DNA of 64,000 bases, taken from Selaginella moellendorffii. Taxonomy: Eukaryota; Plantae; Lycopodiophyta. Location: positions 62,001-126,000 of the forward strand of contig NW_003314296.1 in assembly GCF_000143415.4 (NCBI RefSeq), written 5' to 3'. This document shows, piece after piece, positions 10,601 to 20,723 of this stretch. Numbering within the stretch: the stretch's first letter is position 1; every line of letters begins with the position of its first letter. The position numbers and the translations under genes are program-made. Below the pieces are notes generated by a model, which was not told the origin of the DNA, ran no database searches, and saw nothing but the letters and a program-made list of their open reading frames with translations.

Positions 10601-13600
10601 TGATACTTCTCAGGAAGACTGACAGGAGAAACATGCAAAGCAAAAAGAAAAAGAGGTTCTTCATGAAGGAGTTCTTTCATAGTGATTGTGGAGATAGGAG
10701 AAGGGGTACGACTAAATGGAATGATGAGACGAGGATACTGTCCAGTGTAAGATGGAAGAGAGGAAAAAGAAGAGGATGAAAACTTCGTAGAGTCAGGAAT
10801 AGAACCCCGACTTGAGTTTAGGGAACTTTTCCTGATTCGGACTCGATGAACACCAGGGGAAGCCGTGGGAGATGGTGATGTGGGAGAGATGAGCTGTAAG
10901 TCCTTCCAACAAATCTGAGGCTGATGTAGTTGGAACCAAGGAAGACCGAGCACCACAGAGGAGGACTTGCTGTTGATGATGTTGAAGGCGATATTGGTGA
11001 CGGTGGACCCGATGTGTACACGAACGGGCAACGTTTCCCTAAGTCCAGAAGATGGAGACACAAAATGCCCGCCGATCGTAATTGATCTCCGCAGGCTGGA
11101 ATTTCCGAGAATGGAAAGCGACCGGATGAAGTTCGTGATCTGCTCCGAGTTGAGACAACACAGCACCAATGGCAAAGTCGGAGGCGTCAGCCTTGATGAA
11201 GAAAGGTTGTGAGGAATCAGCATGGATCAAGACAGGAGCAGAACTGAAGGCCGCCTTGAGTGTGTCGAAGGCCTGCTGGGCAGCAGCAGACCAAGAGAAG
11301 GGAACATCCTTGCGAGTGAGATGTGTGAGAGGAAGGACAATGTCAGAGTAGTGATCAATGAATTTGCGGTAGAAGTTGGCGAAGCCAAGGAAAACCTGAA
11401 CATCCGACATTGATTGTGGAGGCTCCCATTCGAGAATAGTCTTGACTTTAGCAGGATCCATCGTGATACCCTCAGGAGTGACAATGTACCCAAGGAACTC
11501 CACAGACTGCTGATCAAAGGAACATTTCTCAAGCTTCGCGTATAGGCCATGTTCTCGCAGCTTCGCTAGCACCTTGCGAACATGTTCGTCATGCTCCTCC
11601 TGAGTTTTTGAGTAGATGAGGATGTCATCGAGGTAGACGATCACCATCTGATCAAGAAACTCCCGAAAAACGTCATTCGCCATGTGTTGGAAAACCGCTG
11701 GAGCATTTGTCAAGCCAAATGGCATGACAGTGTACTCGAAGTGGCCATAGCGGGTTCGGAACGCAGTCTTCCATTCATCACCAGGCCGGATCCGGATCAG
11801 ATTGTATGCTCCACGGAGGTCGATCTTGGTGAAGAAGCGGGCACCGCCAAGGTGTTCCAACAGGTCCGAGATCAGGGGCAACGGATAACGGTTCCGAACA
11901 GTCACCTTGTTCAAACCTCGGTAGTCGATGACTAGCCGCAAGCTCCCATCCTTCTTTTTGACAAAGAAGACAGGCGCTCCAGTCGGGGACTGCGAATGCT
12001 GAATGTAGCCCGAGGCAAGGTTCTCATCCACGTACTCTTTGAGGGCCTTAAGCTCGGACGGGGATAACCCGTAGATAGGCCCCCACGGAGGTGACGCTCC
12101 TTCCTGTAAATCAATGGGACAATCATAAGGCCGATGAACAGGCAGTACACTAGCTTTTTTCTTGTCAAACACATCCCCAAAATCATGATACTTCTCAGGA
12201 AGACTGACAGGAGAAACATGCAAAGCAAAAAGAAAAAGAGGTTCTTCATGAAGGAGTTCTTTCATAGTGATTGTGGAGATAGGAGAAGGGGTACGACTAA
12301 ATGGAATGATGAAACGAGGATACTATCCAGTGTAAGATGGAAGAGAGGAAAAAGAAGAAGATGAAAACTTCGTAGAGTCAGGAACAGAACCCCGACTTGA
12401 GTTTAGGGAACTTTTCCTGATTCGGACTCGATGAACACCAGGGGAAGCCGTGGGAGATGGTGATGTGGGAGAGATGAGCTGTAAGTCCTTCCAACAAATC
12501 TGAGGCTGATGTAGTTGGAACCAAGGAAGACCGAGCACCACAGAGGAGGACTTGCTGTTGATGATGTTGAAGGCGATATTGGTGACGGTGGACCCGATGT
12601 GTACTCGAACGGGCAACGTTTCCCTAAGTCCAGAAGATGGAGACACAAAATGCCCGCCGATGCCTTCAACCCTCAGATCCCGTATGGTAGGAGAAAGAGG
12701 AACATGATATCGGGCAGCAAAGTCCGTGTCCATGAAGCAGGAAGTTGCACCCGAGTCCAGTAGCACCAAAGCCTTGAGTCCTGATTGTCCGGTGAAAGAA
12801 AGGAGACATGGGACGCAGAAGTTGCGGGAATTGGTGGTGGCTTTGATGAAAGGTGGTGAGGAGCTTGATAAGGAAGAAAAGTGATTTTTATTTGGGGAGT
12901 CCAAACAGACAGCTCCTACTCTGTTTGGACAGGGTTGTTTCCCGACTGCAACAAAAGTGAACTTTGAGGCAGAGTGAACTCGAGCAATCGGGGAGGCTTC
13001 CTGGGACACACAGCTGCTTTGTGATTAGGATCAGCACAGTAGAGGCAAAGATTATGAGATATTCGACGTTGCCTCTCAGCAGGACTCAACTTCCCTCTAA
13101 TGAGTCGGGGAGTACCAGAAATATCCATCGGGACCGGAGCAGTAGGTTTAGGACTATGCCCCGAAGACTCAAGCTGGGATTCCTGAGTCTGGGACGGAAA
13201 AACAGCGGCGCGGCGACTTTCCTGATGACGTTCAAAGAGACGATTGTCACATCGAACAGCTTTGTTGATGGCGTCCGACAGGTCCTTGGGATCCTCCATG
13301 GTGAGCAACAAATCCTTGACACCGTTGTTGAGGCCGAAACGAAATTGGTCAATCAGGGCCCGCTCATCCCACTGAGTGTCCAAGGCAAGGAGTTGGAACT
13401 CTACAGCGTAGATCGAGGCAGGACGAGACCCCTGAGAGAGACGTCTCATCTTTGTGGTAGCAGCCCGAACCCGATCCGTCTCGCCAAAACATGCTTCGAG
13501 CTTCTCTTTGAACAATTGAAGATCCATCAGCTCCGGAACCACGACCCCTTTCATGCTCTTCTCCAGAAGAGGAGAAAACCATGACAAAGCTGCACCCTCG

Positions 13601-13811
13601 AGCAACGTCCCAATCACGCCGATTTGAGACTCGGGAGTGGGGTACCGCCGATGTTGAAGTGTAAAGATCAGCTCCATTTGGTTCAAAAATCCACGAAGCT
13701 CCGAACGTTTGCCTGAAAATTTCGCCGGGAAACTCACCTTCGGTTCAGGAACTTTGCTGGATCCTTGAGCCGAAAGTGAAGCAAGCTCCTGCTGCATGCG
13801 AAGAAGGGTCG
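7680..13811 (-). mobile_element. Inverted internal copy of the same chromovirus (5'-truncated gag, PR, duplicated PR-RT-RH block, INT, chromodomain), with premature stops
   Basis: ORFs 12916-13797, 12323-13009, 11039-12265, 9511-11223 and 7597-9168. Two VYLDDILI RT motifs lie 1585 bp apart. Confidence 0.93.
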
Positions 13812-13898
13812 TGGTTCCGGAGCTGATGGATCTTCAATTGTTCAAAGAGAAGCTCGAAGCATGTTTTGGCGAGACGGATCGGGTTCGGGCTGCTACCA

Positions 13899-14245
13899 CA
13901 ATTCTTGCCACATTCCTGACTCTTGCCGGATTCCTGACCTGCAGACCACATTCCTAACTCTCGAGACACTTCCCTATTCCTGAGTCTCGAGACACTTCCC
14001 GATTCCTGAGTCTCGAGCCACATTCCTGATGATGATGTGGTGCCTCCTCGACCTCAGCTGTATTTAGGCCGTCCTCGATCCAAGAGTGGTGGAGCTTCAT
14101 CAACCTATAGTATATATAGGTTAGCCTTGTTCCATTTCTCCACAATCTGAATCAACACCAGTCTAAGGCCTCTTCTTTGTTTTCACTAGCTTTTTCTCTT
14201 TGTCTTTAGCATTTTCCAGTCTTGATTTTGTTAGGGGTCTTGACA
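13899..14245 (+). repeat. LTR3, missing its first 14 bp
   Basis: Aligns to LTR1 from position 15 and is followed by the TSD ACGTG. Confidence 0.92.
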
Positions 14246-15230
14246 ACGTGTTTTGCTCGTTTGGCTTTCGCTTCGGCCACTACCACGTGGCGCCCTTCTG
14301 GCTCCATTTTGGGGCCTAGGGATTTTGTGTCTCACAATTAGATCCCTTTGTTTATTGATGTTTTACATGACAAATGGCATATTTATAAATGCTTAATATG
14401 TATGATTTTAATTTTAAGGGTAAAAATATATTTTACTCAAGGGCATATTATATTTTAAGTAACCACTAATTAATAAAAATCAAACCCATACTATGTACTC
14501 TGATACTATATGTAGCATAATTTGAAAAAGAGGTAATTACATAATAAACAAGCTCTTAATGGCTAAAGAGGCTTGCAAATATAATTTCACAACAAAATTA
14601 TTTGAAATATAAAGTGATAAGACCATCTTTTTGGCTTTGGCTTTTAATGTGTATTTTATCCCTATATTTTTTTAAAAGTTTTAAAGATCACAATGACAAT
14701 ATATCTAAATCTCACGTGAGTTACAAATTGTAATTATATTGCTTTTTAAAATTTATATTAATTTATTAGAATCTATAAACTATGATCTTAGATCCATAAG
14801 AAACTTTAATTGATACTTTGACAAAAATTATTTTTTAAAAAAACTAATTGGGTTAATCACTAAATATTCAGAACTAATAGATTCGTAATAACTTAATTAT
14901 ATGAAGATATAGATTTTCTATGAATGATGTTGAAATTTAGAATTCACCAATCTTATTACTAAATTTTGTATTGAACCTACTTATATAATGCGATACCAAA
15001 ATTTTAAGATTCACCAATCTTTTGTATACTTAAATCTATAAGTCATTTGATATAATACATATACATATACATTGTTTATGGGCAGATTACCGTAACCAAA
15101 ATTTGTGGTCTGCTAATGACCCGTAATAAATTCTGCTCTCAGGAATCACCATCTCCGCCAAAAACACAACCCCATATCTGGAAGAAAAAATCTGAGTGCT
15201 TCGAGTCCAAAAATCTTGAAAACTCTTAGT

Positions 15231-16583
15231 TTAGTCACTGGCTTCCTCAGCAACTTCACCAAGCTTTGGTCTCATCCTTTCTAACATCTCCCTTCCCAGA
15301 TCCCTCAGCCAGGTACTATCCACCTTGTGTTCCCTGTTCAGTTTCTCGCGAAGATCAGGATGAACTCGAAACCATTCACCCAGCAGCCTGTGAACATGAG
15401 CACGGATACACTTGTCCGGAGCCGGATACTTCTCGCACTGATCCAAGTATTCCATGAGTAAAGTCACCGGATCGATCATAAGTTTACTCGACCCCTGCTC
15501 TTCGTCCTCGCTGTCACTGGGTTTGAAAGTTCTGTATCCAGCAAAGAGCGCTGGATTCTCGAGCAGTGATTCCGCAGACAAAACACCGTCCACTCCTGTT
15601 TCCTGGATGCATCTCTCGGCGTCTTCCAGCCAGCGAATGTTTCCATTCGCCAAAACGGGAATTCGCAAAGCCTGCTTCACTGCTCGGATCACCTCCCAGT
15701 CGGCTCTCACTGTTCTCGAACACTTTTGCTCCCTCGTCCGGCCGTGAACTGCCAGCAGCGAGCACCCCGAGCTCTCCAGCATCTTTGCGTATGAGATGGT
15801 GTCGTCGAGGCTGGGAAACATCCGAATCTTGCACGAAACTGGAACGTCCAAGTTGGAGACGAGCTTTGTTACCAGTGCCTGAACTAGAGGTAAGTCATCC
15901 ATGAGGAACGCTCCATAGTTTCCTCGCTTGGCTATCCTTTGCGGACACCTGGGATAGCCATAGCCAGCGATAAGTTATAGAGAAACCATAGAGCTTCTTA
16001 CCCCAGGTTGATGTCAATGTAGTCGCAAAATGGTTCCACGAGTTTTGCTGCTGCGAGCAACGTATCCGGGTTATTAGCACAAAATTGTATCAGCAATGGC
16101 CGATCTTCCTGCCATGACGTTGTAAGAAAACAAAAGCAGCAGAGAAAAGTAACAAAGAAAAACGAAGGCTTTTCATTTACCGGACAAGTCGTGAACTCGT
16201 AGTTTCGATATTTTCTATCTTCCGAGAAGAGACGAGCGTGGAGCATTGGAGTGTAGGCTCCAGTGGCCCCATATTTTCTACACAGCATCCGGAAGGGCAG
16301 CTCGGATTGATCCACCATGGGCGCCACCATGAACTTCGGAGCTCCAATGCGTCTCCAGTGATCCCACGATCTCTCAATGTGACGAGACAGTGAGAACGAG
16401 TTGAGTGGTAGCTCAGCCTCCAAATCTAGACGAAATTTTGAGATCGAGAACAGAAAATCACTGTTCTTACCAGGCTCTGCGGCGGCGCAGTGGAATCCAT
16501 TGATCTGAAAGGCATATCAGAGAGAAATCTAGCAGCTAGAGTTGCCTTACCTGCAAGGGCGCCTGCGCGGCCGCCACCGCCAT
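15231..16583 (-). CDS. DUS1: tRNA-dihydrouridine synthase (DUS1-like), multi-exon
   Basis: Motifs APMVDQSELPFRMLCRKYGA, YTPM, DRPLLIQF, DINLGCP, AVHGRTR and ANGNI; GT-AG introns; ATG at 16583. Confidence 0.9.
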
Positions 16584-18828
16584 GGTCCCTCTGCCAAGAA
16601 CCCTAAACCTAAATTTAAAAAACACCGCGAATTAGCCACCAGCTTTGCTGTTTGGTTGATTGATACGTCCCAGCCACAATGTTTAAAGCTTGTGTCTTTG
16701 TGCGTTTTTTGTATGGATCGATCCTGCATAGAATGTAGCTGACAAGAAATCTATCGTTTTGTGGCATGTTGCAAATTTAAGGAGGTGTTGCTTTTGTGGG
16801 GTCTCATTGTCTCAATCCCCCACCAAGAAAATTCTCGGGGAACCAGTTTAACGCCTTCGTCCGTGTCGGAGTTCGATGCAATCTTCGCAAAGATCGAGCC
16901 CAACCTAAGTGTTGGATGGATTCAATTCTCACCTTGGCAACACTCGATCCATTGGAGAGGGGGAAGATTCTAACCAACCAAATTCTATCCCCAAAGAAAA
17001 ACCAAATATTTAGAAAAAGCATCACGTCCATTTCCATCACTTTCAAGTCGTATCGATCCAGTTTCAAGTAAGGACATTTGCAACCAAAGATGGAGCCTAT
17101 GTTGGTGTTGAGGGACAACGACACCTCTCTCGAAACACGACTCTTTCTTCGTTCGTTCAAGAAAAAAAAATGACTCTGACTAGGTTCTAAGCGGAAAAGG
17201 GATCAGATTGCGTGCGAGTTTTGTTATTATAGGACACAACACAAATCCGTGTTCACTATCTGATGATCTGTGTGGACAACAATGAAAGAAAGAAAGAACT
17301 CCAATTTTTTTTTCTTCGTGGGGACTTTCGGCGTGAGAATCATTCAAGGATGAATCGATCTTCACATCTTTCTCACTCTCTGATCGTTGCGTGTCCGTGT
17401 CGTAAATCTACTGCTTTGTTGCCAAAGGGGGCCATAAGATCGAGACTGAAAATCTGATCAGACAACGAAACTTGGCCACGGCTTTTTCCAAATATACACG
17501 TCGATACCAGTGGGCTCTTTGATATACGTGTTGAGCTTCCATAGGAGATGACGTTGAGCTTGTGATCACGCCGTGATCTCACTCACAGTTTATATACTAT
17601 TATATAAACTTGGCCGTCATAAAGGAACTCACCAAACAAACAAAGAAAGAAAATGTAAACGCTGGTGTCAATAATCACAAGTTGTTGATGCCACAAAAAT
17701 TGAACCTTCGTAACGGCCCGGGTCATTGTATTTCATCAAGCAGTCCCACAAAAATAAAATTCCATCAACCCAAGGCCAAGATCAAAGACAAACACTACCA
17801 CCACGACAACAACTTTCCAGACCCTACAAAAAGGTTGACAGGCAAACAAACACACTAGGGATGAATAATGCATCCATCCATTCTAAGTTGGTCAAACAAG
17901 ATGCCAAGTTTCGCGTTATCGAAAGATGTTTTGTTTGATTGATTGAGTGATCTTGTGTGAAAACTTGGGGATCGTATAATCTAGGGATGGAAGTTTGGAG
18001 TATTGCGTAGAGGCCCTAGATTTGGGCCGACACTGAGGTGTTAAAGTTTCCAGGGAAACGGCCAATTTGGCTGTTTTGCAACAATGGCAAATGTTGCACG
18101 TAACGGACATGGCCAAATTAATGACACTCGCACGGAATAGGATCTTATAACGAATCTGCTGCCGTCCATCTGGTCGATCCAAGATTTCGTCAAATCGTTG
18201 TTTGGTTGTCCAGAGGATAGATGAAAACATAAAAAAAACGCTTTAACAATGTCTAAATGGAATTTCATGGCAGGGAGAAGATTTTGGCGGTGGTAGAAAC
18301 CGGAAAAGTATTTGTGTGCATAAAGAGCTGGGCACATGTTCCATGCAGGTAGAAAGACATGTTCTTGTTATTCATTCTCAAAAGGTGAGCTAGGATTTTA
18401 TATTTATTATTACTATTGTTATTTTATTTATTCTTATTATTATTTGCTTTCTTTCTATTCAAGAAGTTTCTCTACGAAACGAAACGTCCTCTCTTGTTAG
18501 GACCACACCACCATTCGAGAACAAAAGTCCAGAAGAATTTAGGGCACACAACCCCCTCTTTTGACCAGAGGGAATCATGTACATTACACTATTATAATCA
18601 TCTTCTTGGAATTTTAACTTGGAGTGGATTACCTGGGCCAGGAGCTCCTCTAGAATCTTAATTATAGGCCTAGAAAAAAATTGATAACAGAAAAGCGAGT
18701 CGATATAGCTCACCCAAAGTAGAAATAAAATGCCCAAAGTCAACAGTTTCAACCCTTTTGACTTGACCGTTGGATTATAACGGCGAATCGATGGTTCGCC
18801 GGCGGCCACAAGGTTACATTTCACCTGC

Positions 18829-18848
18829 TGACGTGGGGCCTACGTGGC
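18829..18848 (+). promoter_or_regulatory. Paired ACGT-core (G-box/ABRE-like) elements upstream of the MYB gene
   Basis: TGACGTGG and TACGTGGC are adjacent, about 330 bp before the first ATG. Motif match only. Confidence 0.3.
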
Positions 18849-19169
18849 CAGCCGCGGCTTCTCCAAAGCATATTCTACGAAGAAAATCTCTATTTTCTTG
18901 AGGTTTGATTTAAAAGCTTGTAGCGGTGAGACGTCCGGAATTTTGCGTCTTCCATCGATCGATCGATCTCTCGCTGCGATTGAGTTGCTTCGATCCATCC
19001 ACGGTGTAATCTTGCTCTCCTCTCTTGTTTCTTCTTTCTTGCCCTCGCGCGACGCCATCGATCGATTTCTTTCTTGGATAGCTTGCTCGATCGATCGATA
19101 CCGGCATTTCGATCGGCGCTGTGAAACGCAAGGGCGCGGCGGCAACGGGGGCAAGAAGATTTCCAGGTC

Positions 19170-20723
19170 ATGACTGTCCAGATCGGTGGGAGCTCGTGCA
19201 AGGGGATCATCGCTGGAAGCTATGCGCTGGATTTGATGGGAGAGCGCGACGCATCCAGCAGCGAGCCAGCGATTATGGAGGAAAATCTTTCTGTGGATCC
19301 TGAGGAGGAGGAGGAGGATCATCGGCGACTGCAATGGAAGCGGCCTCGAATCGAATACCAGGACGCGGCGGGGGCGGCCGGGGCAGCAATGAGCGACGAG
19401 ACGGAGAGCTCGCAGCGCAAGGGCGGCGAGAGCGCCAGCTCCAAGCTCAGTCTTTGCCCGAGAGGGCACTGGCGGCCGAGCGAAGACGAGAAATTGCGCG
19501 AGCTGGTAGCGCTCCATGGTCCACAGAACTGGAATCTCATCGCGGAGAAGCTCGAGGGACGATCAGGTAGCAAACACTCTCACAATTCCCATGTTTCTTC
19601 CTCGCTAGCATACTTTTCTTTCGATCTTCTCACGATTCTTTCTTCTTTTCTTTGCAGGGAAGAGCTGCAGGCTAAGATGGTTCAATCAGCTCGATCCGCG
19701 AATCAATCGCCAGCCTTTCAGCGAGGAGGAGGAAGAGCGCCTCCTCGCGGCCCATACATTCCATGGGAACAAGTGGGCTCTCATCGCGCGGCTCTTCCCG
19801 GGAAGAACAGACAACGCCGTGAAGAACCACTGGCATGTCATCATGGCCAGGAAGTTCCGCGAGCGCTCCAAGCTCTACGGGCGAAGATCCAAAGCCCACT
19901 CGACTGTTACTACAATCAATGGCGCTGGCGCTGGCGCGGCTAGTACGCTTGCCGCTACGCCAAGGCGTAGCGCTACGAGTAGCTTTACAAGCCAGCGCCA
20001 AAGACTTATTGCTAGTGGAGAAGCGTCGACGTCGAGCTCGTCGGGTGCTACGTTACCATCTTGGCTAGAAAAGTACTGTGCCACTGTCACTGCTGCTGCT
20101 ACTAGCACCATCACCACGCGCCCGACGGGGTTTCAAGTCCCACAGTGTCATCCAGGATCATCACGAGCAGTTCCTCTCGGAAATCCCGAGCTTCTTAAGG
20201 CGAGACCAGGCGGCGGCATTGGATGCGAGGGCGCGAGCTTCTTCCCGACGTACCCGAGCTTGATCAAAGAAGACATTGCCAACGCTTACAACCTCGAGCT
20301 ATCCAGTAAGAAGTTTGTGTGTTTCCACAAGTTCTTAGAACTTAAGTTGTGTGCGTGAGTGGTTTGCTAGGATGCTCGCAGCAGAGGAGTGGTCCAGTGA
20401 TCTTCGGCCAAAGAAGGGTCGGCTACTCGAGCTTTGCTGGTTCTGGTTCGACTGCTAATGAAGCAGCTATAACTCGGCGATCCGAAACAGGCGAGGACCA
20501 CGGGAAGTGGCCGTGGATGGCTCGTCCGGAGGGCTACTCGGGCTCCTTTGGGCGATCGGAGGGGCAAGCAAACCAAAGCTGGGCGTCGGCATCGTCGACG
20601 TCGAGGGACCCGGAGTCGAGTGCGATGATAAGTCGTTCTCCCAACAACCAAACGCAGCCAGCTGACCAGCACAGACAACAGACGGTTCCTTTCATAGACT
20701 TCTTGGGGGTGGGAGCTGCTTGA
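19170..20723 (+). CDS. R2R3-MYB transcription factor, subgroup 21-like (MYB105/117/52 group)
   Basis: [14 protein letters not shown]...[16 protein letters not shown]...[18 protein letters not shown], intron 19567-19657, C-terminal PFIDFLGVG motif. Start codon and second intron are uncertain. Confidence 0.9.

Larger units (their letters stand above)
3070..14245. mobile_element. Rearranged Ty3/gypsy chromovirus composite (Tcn1/Tf1-sushi-like) with three LTRs
   Basis: Starts TGTCAGG (3070), ends TTGACA (14245), TSD ACGTG at 3065-3069 and 14246-14250. Contains gag, PR, RT, RH, INT and chromodomain motifs. Confidence 0.92.
1589..14336. mobile_element. Solo LTR (~1.57 kb without the insert) of a large-LTR retrotransposon, interrupted by the chromovirus composite
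   Basis: Begins TGTAAG at 1589 and ends CTCACA at 14336. Flanked by 5-bp direct repeat ATTAG (1584-1588, 14337-14341). GC-richer than its flanks and non-coding. Confidence 0.7.

Noticed and set aside
18950-19120. (GATC)n palindromic runs as a possible miRNA hairpin
   Set aside because: Short self-complementary microsatellites; no extended stem or recognisable miRNA.
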